Below are positions 34,319-51,522 of a DNA stretch of 64,000 nucleotides, piece after piece; position 1 is the stretch's first letter, and each line of letters opens with the position of its first letter. A program made the position numbers and the translations under genes. Origin of the DNA: Eledone cirrhosa (taxonomy: Eukaryota); assembly GCA_964016885.1 (NCBI GenBank), contig OZ024751.1, positions 53,010,001 to 53,074,000 of the forward strand, read 5' to 3'. The notes below the pieces were generated by a model, which had not been told where the DNA came from, searched no databases, and worked only from the letters and a program-made list of their open reading frames with translations.

Positions 34319-35269
34319 TCCTTACTCTGTCAACATACACCACTGATATAACTTCCACATCTAACCTTCTCCTTACTCTGTCAACTAACATACACCAGTG
34401 ATATAACTTCCACATCTAACCTTCTCCTCACTCTGTTAACTAACATACAACAGTGATATAACTTCCACATCTAACCTCCTTACTCTGTCAACTAACATAC
34501 ACCAGTGATGTAACTGCCACATTTAACCTTCTCACTCTGTCAACTAACATACACCAGTGATATAACTTCCACATCTAACCTTCTCCTTACTCGGTCAACT
34601 AACATACACCAGTGATATAACTTCCACATCTAACCTTCTCCTTACTCTGTCAACTAACATACACCAGTGATATAAATTCCACATCTAACCTTCTCCTTAC
34701 TCTGTCAACTAACATACACCAGTGATATAACTTCCACATCTAACCTCCTTACTCTGTCAACTAACATACACCAGTGCTATAACTTCCACATCTGACCTCC
34801 TTACTCTGTCAACTAACATACACCAGCGATATAACTTCCACATCTAACCTCCTTACTCTGTCAACTAACATACACCAGTGATATAACTTCCACAGCTAAC
34901 CTTCTCCTTACTCTGTTAACTAACATACACCAATGATATAACTTCCACATCTAACCTCCTTACTCTGTCATCTAACATACACCAGTGATATAACTGCCAC
35001 ATTTAACCTTCTTACTCTGTCAACTAACATACACCACTGATATAACTTCCACATCTAACCATCTCCTTACTCTGTCAACTAACATACACCACTGATATAA
35101 CTTCCACATCTAACCTTCTCACTACTCTGTCAATTAACATACACCAGTGATATAACTTCCACATCTAACCTTCTTACTCTGTCAACTAACATACACCAGT
35201 GATATAACTTCCACATCTAACCTTCTTACTGTGTCAACTAACATACACCACTGATATAACTTCCACATC

Positions 35270-38200
35270 TAACCTTCTTACTCTGTCAACTAACATACGC
35301 CACTGATATAACTTCCACATGTAACCTCCTTACTCTGTCAACTAACATACACCAATGATCTACCTTCCACATCTAACCTTCTCCTTACTCTGTCAACTAA
35401 CATACACCAGTGATATAACTTCCACATCTAACCTTCTCCTTACTCTGTCAACTAACATACACCAGTGATATAACTTCCACTTCTAACCTTCTCCTTACTC
35501 TTTTAACTAACATACACCAGTGATATAACTTCCACATCTAACCTCCTTACTCTGTCAACTAAGATACACCAGTGATATAACTGCCACATTTAACCTTTTT
35601 ACTCTGTCAACTAACATACACCAGTGATATAACTTCCACATGTAACCTCCTTACTCTGTCAACATACACCACTGATATAACTTCCACATCTAACCTTCTC
35701 CTTACTCTGTCAACTAACATACACCAGTGATATAAATTCCACATCTAACCTTCTCCTTACTCTGTCAACTAACATACACCAGTGATATAACTTCCACATC
35801 TAACCTCCTTACTCTGTCAACTAACATACACCAGTGATATAACTTCCACATCTAACCTCCTTACTCTGTCAACTAACATACACCAGTGATATAACTTCCA
35901 CATTTAACCTTGTTACTCTGTCAACTAACCTACACCAGTGATATAACTTCCACATTTAACCTTCTTACTCTGTCAACTAACATACACCAGCGATATAACT
36001 TCCACATCTAACCATCTCCTTACGCTGTCAACTAACATACACCAGTGATATAACTTCCACATCTAATCTCCTTACTCTGTCAACTAATATACACCAGTGA
36101 TGTAACTGCCACATTTAACCTTCTTACTCTGTCAACTAACATACACCAATGATATAACTTCCACATCTAACCTTCTCCTTACTCTGTCACCTAACATACA
36201 CCAGTGATATAACTTCCACATTTAACCTTCTCCTTACTCTGTCAACTAACATACACCAGTGATATAACTTCCACAGCTAAGCTTCTCCTTACTCTGTTAA
36301 CTAACATACCGCAGTGATATAACTTCCACATTTAACCTTCTTACTCTGTCAACTAACATACACCAGTGATATAACTTCCACATCTAACCTTCTTACTCTG
36401 TCAACTAACATACACCAATGTTATAACTTCCACATCTAACCTCCTTACTCTGTCAACTAACATACACCAGTGATATAACTTCCACATCTAACCTCCTTAC
36501 TCTGTCAACTAAGATACACCAGTGATATAACTGCCACATTTAACCTTCTTACTCTGTCAACTAACATTCACCAGTGATATAACTTCCACATCTAACCTCC
36601 TTACTCTGTCAACATACACCACTGATATAACTTCCACATCTAACCTTCTCCTTACTCTGTCAACTAACATACACCAGTGATATAACTTCCACATCTAACC
36701 TTCTCCTCACTCTGTTAACTAACATACAACAGTGATATAACTTCCACATCTAACCTCCTTACTCTGTCAACTAACATACACCAGTGATGTAACTGCCACA
36801 TTTAACCTTCTTACTCTGTCAACTAACATACACCAGTGATATAACTTCCACATCTAACCTTCTTACTCTGTCAACTAACATACGCCACTGATATAACTTC
36901 CACATGTAACCTCCTTACTCTGTCAACTAACATACACCAATGATCTACCTTCCACATCTAACCTTCTCCTTACTCTGTCAACTAACATACACCAGTGATA
37001 TAACTTCCACATCTAACCTTCTCCTTACTCTGTCAACTAACATACACCAGTGATATAACTTCCACTTCTAACCTTCTCCTTACTCTGTTAACTAACATAC
37101 ACCAGTGATATAACTTCCACATCTAACCTCCTTACTCTGTCAACTAAGATACACCAGTGATATAACTGCCACATTTAACCTTCTTACTCTGTCAACTAAC
37201 ATACACCAGTGATATAACTTCCACATGTAACCTCCTTACTCTGTCAACATACACCACTGATATAACTTCCACATCTAACCTTCTCCTTACTCTGTCAACT
37301 AACATACACCAGTGATATAAATTCCACATCTAACCTTCTCCTTACTCTGTCAACTAACATACACCAGTGATATAACTTCCACATCTAACCTCCTTACTCT
37401 GTCAACTAACATACACCAGTGATATAACTTCCACATCTAACCTCCTTACTCTGTCAACTAACATACACCAGTGATATAACTTCCACATTTAACCTTGTTA
37501 CTCTGTCAACTAACCTACACCAGTGATATAACTTCCACATTTAACCTTCTTACTCTGTCAACTAACATACACCAGCGATATAACTTCCACATCTAACCAT
37601 CTCCTTACGCTGTCAACTAACATACACCAGTGATATAACTTCCACATCTAACCTCCTTACTCTGTCAACTAATATACACCAGTGATGTAACTGCCACATT
37701 TAACCTTCTTACCCTGTCAACTAACATACACCAATGATATAACTTCCACATCTAACCTTCTTACTCTGTCACCTAACATACACCAGTGATATAACTTCCA
37801 CATTTAACCTTCTCCTTACTCTGTCAACTAACATACACCAGTGATATAACTTCCACATCTAACCTTCTCCTTACTCTGTCAACTAACATACACCAGTGAT
37901 ATAACTTCCACAGCTAAGCTTCTCCTTACTCTGTTAACTAACATACACCAGTGATATAACTTCCACATTTAACCTTCTTACTCTGTCAACTAACATACAC
38001 CAGTGATATAACTTCCACATCTAACCTTCTTACTCTGTCAACTAACATACACCAATGTTATAACTTCCACATCTAACCTCCTTACTCTGTCAACTAACAT
38101 ACACCAGTGATATAACTTCCACATCTAACCTCCTTACTCTGTCAACTAAGATACACCAGTGATATAACTTCCACATCTAACCTCCTTACTCTGTCAACAT

Positions 38201-38340
38201 ACACCACTGATATAACTTCCACATCTAACCTTCTCCTTACTCTGTCAACTAACATACACCAGTGATATAACTTCCACATCTAACCTTCTCCTCACTCTGT
38301 CAACTAACATACAACAGTGATATAACTTCCACATCTAACC
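35270..38340. repeat. Tandem duplication of a ~1.6-kb satellite multimer
   Basis: TACGCCACTG 35299/36884, CCACTTCT 35481/37066 and CCTTGTTAC 35911/37496 (offset 1585). The offset later becomes 1637, a net gain of 52 bp. Confidence 0.85.
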
Positions 38341-41300
38341 TCCTTACTCTGTCAACTAACATATACCACTGATATAACTTCCACATCTAACCTCCTTTCT
38401 CTGTCAACTAACATACACCAGTGATATAACTTCCACATCTAACCTTCTTACTCTGTCAACTAACATACACCAGTGATATAACTTCCACATCTAACCTTCT
38501 CCTTACTCGGTCAACTAACATACACCAGTGATATAACTTCCACATCTAACCTTCTCCTTACTCTGTCAACTAACATACACCAGTGATATAAATTCCACAT
38601 CTAACCTTCTCCTTACTCTGTCAACTAACATACACCAGTGATATAACTTCCACATCTAACCTCCTTACTCTGTCAACTAACATACACCAGTGATATAACT
38701 TCCACAGCTAACCTTCTCCTTACTCTGTTAACTAACATACACCAGTGATATAACTTCCACATCTAACCTCCTTACTCTGTCATCTAACATACACCAGTGA
38801 TATAACTGCCACATTTAACCTTCTTACTCTGTCAACTAACATACACCACTGATATAACTTCCACATCTAACCTCCTTACTCTGTCAACATACACCACTGA
38901 TATAACTTCCACATCTAACCATCTCCTTACTCTGTCAACTAACATACACCACTGATATAACTTCCACATCTAACCTTCTCCTTACTCTGTTAACTAACAT
39001 ACACCAGTGATATAACTTCCACATCTAACCTCCTTACTCTGTCAACTAACATACACCAGTGATATAACTTCGACATCTAACCTTCTCCTTACTCTGTCAA
39101 CTAACATACACCAGTGATATAACTTCCACATCTAACCTCCTTACTCTTGTCAACTAAGATACACCAGTGATGTAACTGCCACATTTAACATTCTTACTCT
39201 GTCAACTAACATACACCAATGATATAAGTTCCACATCTAACCTTTTCCTTACTCTGTCAACTAACATACACCAGTGATATAACTTCCACATCTAACCTTC
39301 TCACTACTCTGTCAATTAACATACACCAATGATATAACTTCCACATTTAACCTTCTTACTCTGTCAACTAACATACACCAGTGATATAACTTCCACATCT
39401 AACCTTCTTTCTCTGTCAACTAACATACACCACTGATCTAACTTCCACATCTAACCTTCTCACTACTCTGTCAATTCACATACACCAGTGATATAACTTC
39501 CACACCTAACCTTCTTACTCTGTCAACCAACATACACCACTGATATAACTTCCACATCTAACCTTCTCACTACTCTGTCAATTCACATACACCAGTGATA
39601 TAACTTCCACATTTAACCTTCTTACTCTGTCAACTAACATACACCAGTGATATTACTTCGACATCTAACTTTCTTACTCTGTCAACTAACATACACCAGT
39701 GATGTAACGGCCACATTTAACCTCCTTACTCTGTCAACTAACATACACCAGTGATATAACTTCCACATCTAACCTCCTTACTCTGTCAACTAACATACAC
39801 CAGTGATATAACTTCCACATTTAACCTTCTCCTTACTCTGTCAACTAACATACACCAGTGATATAACTTCCTCATCTAACCTTCTCCTTACTCTGTCAAC
39901 TAACATACACCAGTGATATAACTTCCACAGCTAAGCTTCTCCTTACTCTGTTAACTAACATACACCAGTGATATAACTTCCACATTTAACCTTCTTATTC
40001 TGTCAACTAACATACACCAGTGATATAACTTCCACATCTAACGTTCTTCCTCTGTCAACTAACATACACCAATGTTATAACTTCCACATCTAACCTCCTT
40101 ACTCTGTCAACTAACATACACCAGTGATATAACTTCCACATCTAACCTCCTTACTCTGTCAACTAAGATACACCAGTGATATAACTTCCACATGTAACCT
40201 CCTTACTCTGTCAACATACACCACTGATATAACTTCCACATCTAACCTTCTTCCTCTGTCAACTAACATACACCAATGTTATAACTTCCACATCTAACCT
40301 CCTTACTCTGTCAACTAACATACACCAGTGATGTAACTGCCACATTTAACCTTCTTACTCTGTCAACTAACATACACCAATGATATAACTTCCACATCTA
40401 ACTTTCTCCTCACTCTGTTAACTAACATACAACAGTGATATAACTTCCACATCTAACCTCCTTACTCTGTCAACTAACATACACCAGTAATATAACTTCC
40501 ACATCTAACCTTCTCCTCACTCTGTTAACTAACATACAACAGTGATATAACTTCCACATCTAACCTCCTTACTCTGTCAACTAAGATACACCAGTGATGT
40601 AACTGCCACATTTAACCTTCTTACTCTGTCAACTAACATACACCAATGATATAAGTTCCACATCTAACCTTTTCCTTACTCTGTCAACTAACATACACCA
40701 GTGATATAACTTCCACATCTAACCTTCTCACTACTCTGTCAATTAACATACACCAGTGATATAACTTCCACATTTAACCTTCTTACTCTGTCAACTAACA
40801 TACACCAGTGATATAACTTCCACATCTAACCTTCTCTGTCAACTAACATACACCAGTGATATAACTTCCACATCTAACCTCCTTACTCTGTCAACTAAGA
40901 TACACCAGTGATATAACTGCCACATTTAACCTTCTTTCTCTGTCAACTAACATACACCAGTGATATAACTTCCACATCTAACCTCCTTACTCTGTCAACA
41001 TACACCACTGATATAACTTCCACATCTAACCTTCTCCTTACTCTGTCAACTAACATACACCAGTGATATAACTTCCACATTTAACCTTCTCCTCACTCTG
41101 TTAACTAACATACAACAGTGATATAACTTCCACATCTAACCTCCTTACTCTGTCAACTAACATACACCAGTGATGTAACTGCCACATTTAACCTTCTTAC
41201 TCTGTCAACTAACATACACCAGTGATATAACTTCCACATCTAACCTTCTCCTTACTCTGTCAACTAACATACACCAGTGATATAAATTCCACATCTAACC

Positions 41301-44300
41301 TTCTTACTCTGTCAACTAACATACACCAGTGATATAACTTCCACATCTGACATCCTTACTCTGTCAACTAACATACACCAGCAATATAACTTCCACATGT
41401 AACCTTCTCACTACTCTGTCAATTAACATACACCAGTGATATAACTTCCACATCTAACCTTCTTACTCTGTCAACTAACATACACCACTGATATAACTTC
41501 CACATCTAACCTCCTTACTCTGTCAACTAACATACACCAATGATCTACCTTCCACATCTAACCTTCTCCTTACTCTGTCAACTAACATACACCAGTGATA
41601 TAACTTCCACATCTAACCTTCTCCTTACTCTGTCAACTAACATACACCAGTGATATAACTTCCACATCTAACCTTCACCTTACTCTGTTAACTAACATAC
41701 ACCAGTGATATAACTTCCACATCTAACCTTCTTACTCTGTCAACTAACATACACCAATGTTATAACTTCCTCATCTAACCTCCTTACTCTGTCAACTAAC
41801 ATACACCAGTGATATAACTTCCACATCTAACCTTCTTACTCTGTCAACTAACATACACCAATGTTATAACTTCCTCATCTAACCTCCTTACTCTGTCAAC
41901 TAACATACACCAGTGATATAACTTCCACATCTAACCTTCTCCTTACTCTGTTAACTAACATACACCAGTGATATAACTTCCACATCTAACCTTCTTACTC
42001 TGTCAACTAACATACACCAATGTTATAACTTCCTCATCTAACCTCCTTACTCTGTCAACTAAGATACACCAGTGATATAACTGCCACATTTAACCTTCTT
42101 ACTCTGTCAACTAACATACACCAGTGATATAACTTCCACATCTAACCTCCTTACTCTGTCAACTAACATACACCGGTGATATAACTTCCACATCTAACCT
42201 ACTCCTTACTCTGTCAACTAACATACACCAGTGATATAACTTCTTCATCTACCCTCTTTACTCTGTCAACTAACATACACCAGTGATATAACTTCCACAT
42301 CTAACCTTCTCCTTACTCTGTCAACTAACATACACCAGTGATATAACTTCCACATCTAACCTTCTCCTCACTCTGTTAACTAACATACAACAGTGATATA
42401 ACTTCCACATCTAACCTTACTCTGTCAACTAACATACACCAGTGATGTAACTGCTACATTTAACCTTCTTACTCTGTCAACTAACATACACCAATGATAT
42501 AACTTCCACATCTAACCTTCTCCTTACTCTGTCAACTAACATACACCAGTGATATAACTTCCACATCTAACCTCCTTACTCTGTCAACTAACATACACCA
42601 GTGATATAACTTCCACATCTAACCTCCTTACTCTGTCAACTAACATACACCAGTGATATAACTTCCACATCTAACCTACTCCTTACTCTGTCAACTAACA
42701 TACACCAGTGATATAACTTCTACATCTACCCTCTTTACTCTGTCAACTAACATACACCAGTGATATAAATTCCACATCTAACCTTCTCGTTACGCTGTCA
42801 ACTAACATACACCAGTGATATAACTTCCACATCTAACCTCCTTACTCTGTCAACTAACATACACCAGTGATATAACTTCCACAGCTAACCTCCTTACTCT
42901 GTCATCTAACATACACCACTGATATAACTTCCACATCTAACTTTCTTACTCTGTCAACTAACATACACCACTGATATAACTTCCACATCTAACCTTCTCA
43001 CTGCTCTGTCAATTAACATACACCAGTGATATAACTCCCACATTTAACCTTTTTACTCTGTCAACTAACATACACCAGTGATATAACTTCCACATCTAAC
43101 CTTCTTACTCTGTCAACTAACATACACCAATGTTATAACTTCAACATCTAACCTCCTTACTCTGTCAACTAACATACACCAGTGATATAACTTCCACATC
43201 TAACCTCCTTACTCTGTCTACTAACATACACCAGTGATATAACTTCCACATCTAACCTTCTCCTTACTCTGTTAACTAACATACACCAGTGATATAACTT
43301 CCACATCTAACCTCCTTACTCTGTCAACTACCATTGACCACTGATATAACTTCCACATCTAACCTTCTCCTCTACTCTGTCAACTAAAATACACCAGTGA
43401 TATAACTTCCACATCTAACCTCCTTACTCTGTCAACTACCATACACCAGTGATATAACTTCCACATCTAACCTTCTCCTTACTCTGTTAACTAATATACA
43501 CCAGTGATATAACTTCCACATCTAACCTCCTTACTCTGTCAACTAAGATACACCAGTGATGTAACTGCCACATTTAACCTTCTTGCTCTGTCAACTAACA
43601 TACACCAATGATATAACTTCCACATCTAACCTTCTCCTTACTCTGTCAACTAACATACACGAGTGATATAACTTCCACATTTAACCTTCTTACTCTGTAA
43701 ACTAATATACACCACTGATATAACTTCCACATCTAACCTTCTCCTTACTCTGTCAACTAACATACACCAGTGATATAACTTCCACATCTAACCATCTCCT
43801 TACTCTGTCAATTAATATACACCAGTGATATAACTTCCACATCTAACCTCCTTACTCTGTCAACTAACATACACCAGTGATAGAACTTCCACATTTAACC
43901 TTCTTACTCTGTCAACTAACATACACCAGTGATATAACTTCCACATCTAACCTTCTCCTTACTCTGTCAACTAGCATACACCAGTGATATAACTTCCACA
44001 TCTAACCTTCTCACTCTGTCAACTAACATACACCAGTGTTATAACTTCCACATCTAACCTCCTTACTCTGTCAACTAACATACACCAGCGATATAACTTC
44101 CACATCTAACCATCTCCTTACTCTGTCAACTAACATACACCAGTGATATAACTTCCGCATCTAACCTTCTCCTTACTCTGTTAACTAACATACACCAGTG
44201 ATATAACTTCCGCATCTAACCTTCTCCTTACTCTGTCAACTAACATACACCAGTGATATAACTTCCACATCTAACCTTCTCCTTACTCTGTTAACTAACA

Positions 44301-45084
44301 TACACCAGTGATATAACTTCCACATCTAACCTCGTTACTCTGTCAACTAAGATACACCAGTGATGTAACTGCCACATTTAACCTTCTTACTCTGTCAACT
44401 AACATACACCAGTGATATAACTTCCACATCTAACCTTCTCCTTACTCTGTCAACTAACATACACCAGTGATATAACTTCCACAGCTAACCTCCTTACTCT
44501 GTCAACTAACATACACCAACGATATAATTTCCACATCTAACATTCTCCTTACTCTGTCAACTAACATACACCAGTGATATAACTTCCACATCTAACCTTC
44601 TTACTCTGTCAACTAACATACACCAGTGATATAACTTCCACATCTAACCTTCTTACTCTGTCAACTAACATACACCAGTGATATAACTTCCACATCTAAC
44701 CTTCTTACTCTGTCAACTAACATACACCAGTGATATAACTTCCACATCTAACCTTCTTACTCTGGCAACTAACATACACCAGTGATATAACTTCCACATC
44801 TAACCTTCTTACTCTGTCAACTAACATACACCAGTGATATAACATCCACATCTAACCTTCTCCTTCCTCTGTCAACTAACATGCACCAGTGATATAACTT
44901 CCATATCTAACCATCTTACTCTGTCAACTAACATACACCAGTGATATAACTTCCACATCTAACCATCTCCTTACTCTGTCAACTAACATACACCAGTGAT
45001 ATAACTTCTGCATCTAATCTTCTCCTTACTCTGTCAACTAACATACACCACTGATATAACTTCCACATCTAACCTTCTTACTCT

Positions 45085-47320
45085 GTTAACTAACATACAC
45101 CAGTGATATAACTTCCACATCTAACATACACCACTAATATAACTTCCACATCTAACTTCCATACTCTGTCAACTAACATACACCAGTGATATAACTTCCA
45201 CATCTGACCTCCTTACTCTGTCAACTAACATACACCAGCGATATAACTTCCACATCTAACCATCTCCTTACTCTGTCAACTAACATACACCAGTGATATA
45301 ACTTCCACATCTAACCTTCTCCTTACTTTGTCAACTAACATACACCAGTGATATAACTTCTACATCTAACCTTCTCCTTACTCTGTTAACTAACATACAC
45401 CAGTGATATAACTTCCAGATCTAATCTCCTTACTCTGTCAACTAACATACACCAGTGATATAACTGCCACATTTAACATTCTTACTCTGTCAACTAACAT
45501 ACACCAGTGATATAACTTTCACATCTAACCTTCTCCTTACTCTGTCAACTAACATACACCAGTGATATAACTTCCACATCTAACCTTCTCCTTACTCTGT
45601 TAACTAACATACACCAGTGATATAACTTCCACATCTAACCTCCTTACTCTGTCAACTAACATACACCAGTGATATAACTGCCACATTTAACCTTCTTACT
45701 TTGTCAACTAACATACACCAGTGATATAACTTCCACATCTAACCTTCTCCTTACTCTGTCAACTAACATACACCACTGATATAACTTCCACATCTAACCT
45801 TCTTACTCTGTCAACTAACATACACCACTGATATAACTTCCACATCTAACCTTCTCCTTACTCTGTCAACTAACATACACCAGTGATATAACTTCCACAT
45901 CTAACCATCTCCTTACTCTGTCAATTAACATACACCAGTGATATAACTTCCACATCTAACCTTCTTACTCTGTCAACTAACATACACCAGTGATAGAACT
46001 ACCACATTTAACCTTCTTACTCTGTCAACTAACATACACCAGTGATATAACTTCCACATCTAACCTTCTCCTTACTCAGTCAACTAGCATACACCAGTGA
46101 TATAACTTCCACATCTAACCTTCTCACTCTGTCAACTAACATACACCAGTGTTATAACTTCCACATCTAAACTCCTTACTCTGTCAACTAACATACACCA
46201 GTGATGTAACTTCCACATCTAACATACACCACTAATATAACTTCCACATCTAACTTCCATACTCTGTCAACTAACATACACCAGTGATATAACTTCCACA
46301 TCTGACCTCCTTACTCTGTCAACTAACATACACCAGCGATATAACTTCCACATCTAACCATCTCCTTACTCTGTCAACTAACATACACCAGTGATATAAC
46401 TTCCACATCTAACCTTCTCCTTACTTTGTCAACTAACATACACCAGTGATATAACTTCTACATCTAACCTTCTCCTTACTCTGTTAACTAACATACACCA
46501 GTGATATAACTTCCAGATCTAATCTCCTTACTCTGTCAACTAACATACACCAGTGATATAACTGCCACATTTAACATTCTTACTCTGTCAACTAACATAC
46601 ACCAGTGATATAACTTTCACATCTAACCTTCTCCTTACTCTGTCAACTAACATACACCAGTGATATAACTTCCACATCTAACCTTCTCCTTACTCTGTTA
46701 ACTAACATACACCAGTGATATAACTTCCACATCTAACCTCCTTACTCTGTCAACTAACATACACCAGTGATATAACTGCCACATTTAACCTTCTTACTTT
46801 GTCAACTAACATACACCAGTGATATAACTTCCACATCTAACCTTCTCCTTACTCTGTCAACTAACATACACCACTGATATAACTTCCACATCTAACCTTC
46901 TTACTCTGTCAACTAACATACACCACTGATATAACTTCCACATCTAACCTTCTCCTTACTCTGTCAACTAACATACACCAGTGATATAACTTCCACATCT
47001 AACCATCTCCTTACTCTGTCAATTAACATACACCAGTGATATAACTTCCACATCTAACCTCCTTACTCTGTCAACTAACATACACCAGTGATAGAACTAC
47101 CACATTTAACCTTCTTACTCTGTCAACTAACATACACCAGTGATATAACTTCCACATCTAACCTTCTCCTTACTCAGTCAACTAGCATACACCAGTGATA
47201 TAACTTCCACATCTAACCTTCTCACTCTGTCAACTAACATACACCAGTGTTATAACTTCCACATCTAAACTCCTTACTCTGTCAACTAACATACACCAGT
47301 GATGTAACTTCCACATCTAA
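45085..47320. repeat. Tandem duplication of a 1098-bp satellite multimer including a truncated monomer
   Basis: Internally deleted monomer CATCTAACATACACCACTAAT at 45123/46221, TTCCAGAT 45418/46516, CTAAACTCC 46171/47269. Confidence 0.9.
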
Positions 47321-50300
47321 CCTTCTCCTTACTCTGTTAACTAACATACACCTGTGATATAACTTCCACATCTAACATCCTTACTCTGTCAACTAACATA
47401 CACCAGCGATATAACTTTCACATCTAACCATCTCCTTACTCTGTCAACTAACATACACCACTGATATAACTTCCACATCTAACTTCCATCCTCTGTCAAC
47501 TAACATACACCAGTGATATAACTTCCACATCTAACCTCCTTACTCTGTCAACTAACATACACCAGTGATATAAATTCTACATCTAACCTTCTCCTTACTC
47601 TGTTAACTAACATACACCAGTGATATAACTTCCACATCTAACCTCGTTACTCTGTCAACTAAGATACACCAGTGATGTAACTGCCACATTTAACCTTCTT
47701 ACTCTGTCAACTAACATACACCAGTGACATAACTTCCACATCTAACCTTCTCCTTACTCTGTCAACTAACATACACCAGTGATATAACTTCCACATCTAA
47801 CCTCCTTACTCTGTCAACTAACATACACCAGCGATATAATTTCCACATCTAACCTTCTCCTTACTCTGTTAACTAACATACACCAGTGATATAACTTCCA
47901 CATCTAACCTCCTTACTCTGTCAACTAACATACACCAGAGATATAACTTCCACATCTAACCTCCTTACTCTGTCAACTAACATAGACCACTGATATAACT
48001 TCCACATCTAACCTCCTTACTCTGTCAACTAACATACACCAGTGATATAACTTCCACATCTAACCTTCTCCTTACTCTGTCAACTAACATACACCAGAGA
48101 TATAACTTCCACATCTAACCTCCTTACTCTGTCAACTAACATATACCACTGATATAACTTCCACATCTAACCTCCTTACTCTGTCAACTAACATACACCA
48201 GTGATATAACTTCCACATCTAACCTTCTCCTTACTCTGTTAACTAACATACACCACTGATATAACTTCCACATCTAACCTCCTTACTCTGTCAACTAACA
48301 TACACCAGAGATATAACTTCCACATCTAACCTCCTTACTCTGTCAACTAACATAGACCACTGATATAACTTCCACATCTAACCTTCTCCTTACTCTGTCA
48401 ACTAACATACACCAGTGATATAACTTCCACATCTAACCTCCTTACTCTGTCAACTAACATACACCAGTGATATAACTTCCACATCTAACCTTCTCCTTAC
48501 TCTGTCAACTAACATACACCAGTGATATAACTTCCACATCTAACCTTCTCCTTACTCTGTCAACTAACATACACCAGTGATATAACTTCCTCATCTAACC
48601 TCCTTACTCTGTCAACTAACATACACCAGCGATATAATTTCCACATCTAACCTTCTCCTTACTCTGTCAACTAACATATACCACTGATATAACTTCCACA
48701 TCTAACCTCCTTACTCTGTCAACTAACATACACCAGTGATATAACTTCCACATCTAACCTTCTTACTCTGTCAACTAACATACACCAGTGATATAACTTC
48801 CACATCTAACCTTCTTACTCTGTCAACTAACATACACCAGTGATATAACTTCCACATCTAACCTTCTTACTCTGTCAACTAACATACACCAGTGATATAA
48901 CTTCCACATCTAACCTCCTTACTCTGTCAACTAACATACACCAGTGATATAACTTCCACATCTAACCTTCTTACTCTGTCAACTAACATACACCAGTGAT
49001 ATAACTTCCACATCTAACCTCCTTACTCTGTCAACTAACATACACCAGCGATATAACTTCCACATCTAACCTTCTCCTTACTCTGTTAACTAACATACAC
49101 CAGTGATATAACATCCGCATCTAACCTTCTCCTTACTCTGTCAACTAACATACACCAGTGATATAACTTCCACATCCAACCTCCTTACTCTGTCAACTAA
49201 CATACACCAGTGATATAACTTCCACATCTAACCTTCTTACTCTGTCAACTAACATACACCAGTGATGTAACTTCCACATCTAACCTCCTTACTCTGTTAA
49301 CTAACATACACCTGTGATATAACTTCCATATCTAACCTCCTTACTCTGTCAACTAACATACACCAGCGATATAACTTCCACATCTAACCATCTCCTTACT
49401 CTGTCTACTAACATACACCAGTGATATAACTTCCGCATCTAACCTTCTCCTTACTCTGTTAACTAACATACACCAGTGATATAACTTCCGCATCTAACCT
49501 TCTCCTAACTCTGTCAACTAACATACACCAGTGATATAACTTCCACATCTAACCTCCTTACTCTATCAACTAACATACACCAGTGATATAACTTCCATAT
49601 CTAACCTTCTCCTTACTCTGTCAACTAACATACACCACTGATATAACTTCCACATCTAACCTTCTCCTTACTCTGTCAACTAACCTACACCAGTGATATA
49701 ACTTCCACATTTAACCTTCTTACTCTGTCAACTAACATACACCAGTGATATAACTTCCACATCTAACCTTCTTACTCTGTCAACTAACATACACCAGTGA
49801 TATAACTTCCACATCTAACCTTCTCCTTACTCTGTCAACTAACATACACCAGTGATATAACTTCCACATCTAACCTTCTCCTTACTCCGTCAACTAACAT
49901 ACACCAGTGATATAACTTCCACATCTAACCTCCTTACTCTGTCAACTAACATGCACCAGTGATATAACTTCCACATCTAACCTTCTTACTCTGTCAACTA
50001 ACATACACCAGTGATATAACTTCCACATCTAACCTTCTTACTCTGTCAACTAACATACACCAGTGATATAACTTCCACATCTAACCTTCTTACTCTGTCA
50101 ACTAACATACACCAGTGATATAACTTCCACATCTAACCTTCTTACTCTGTCAACTAACATACACCAGTGATATAACTTCCACATCTAACCTTCTCCTTAC
50201 TCTGTCAACTAACATACACCAGTGATATAACTTCCACATCTAACCTCCTTACTCTGTCAACTAACATACACCAGTGATATAACTTCCACATCTAACCTTC

Positions 50301-51522
50301 TTACTCTGTCAACTAACATACACCAGTGATATAACTTCCACATCTAACCTTCTCCTTACTCTGTCAACTAACATGCACCAGTGATATAACTTCTACATCT
50401 AACCTTCTTACTCTGTCAACTAACATACACCAGTGATATAACTTCCACATCTAACCTTCTTACTCTGTCAACTAACATACACCAGTGATATAACTTCCGC
50501 ATCTAACCTTCTTACTCTGTCAACTAACATACACCAGTGATATAACTTCCACATCTAACCTTCTCCTTACTCTGTCAACTAACATACACCAGTGATATAA
50601 CTTCCACATCTAACCTTCCCCTTTCTCTGTCAACTAACATACACCAGTTATATAACTTCCACATCTAAACTTCTTACTCTGTCAACTAACAAACACCAGT
50701 AATATAACTTCCACATCTAACCTTCTCCTTCCTCTGTCAACTAACATGCACCAGTGATATAACTTCCACATCTAACCTTCTTACTCTGTCAACTAACATA
50801 CACCAGTTATATAACTTCCACATCTAACCTTCTCCTTTCTCTGTCAACTAACATGCACCAGTGATATAACTTCCACATCTAACCTTCTTACTCTGTCAAC
50901 TAACATACACCAGTGATATAACTTCCACATCTAACCTCCTTACTCTGTCAACTAACATACACCAGTGATTTAACTTCCACATCTAACCTTCTTACTCTGT
51001 CAACTAACATACACCAGTGATATAACTTCCACATCTAACCTTCTCCTTACTCTGTCAACTAACATGCACCAGTGATATAACTTCCACATCTAACCTCCTT
51101 ACTCTGTCAACTAACATACACCAGTGATATAACTTCCACATCTAACCTTCTTACTCTGTCAACTAACATACACCAGTGATATAACTTCCACATCTAACCT
51201 TCTTACTCTGTCAACTAACATACACCAGTGATATAACTTCCACATCTAACCTTCTCCTTACTCTGTCGACTAACATACACCAGTGATATAACTTCCACAT
51301 CTAACCTTCTCCTTACTCTGTCGACTAACATACACCAGTGATATAACTTCCACATCTAACCTTCTCCTTACTCTGTCGACTAACATACACCAGTGATATA
51401 ACTTCCACATCTAACCTTCTCCTTACTCTGTCAACTAACATACACCAGTGATATAACCTCCACATCTAACCTTCTCCTTACTCTGTCAACTAACATACAC
51501 CAGTTAATGTAACTGCTACATC

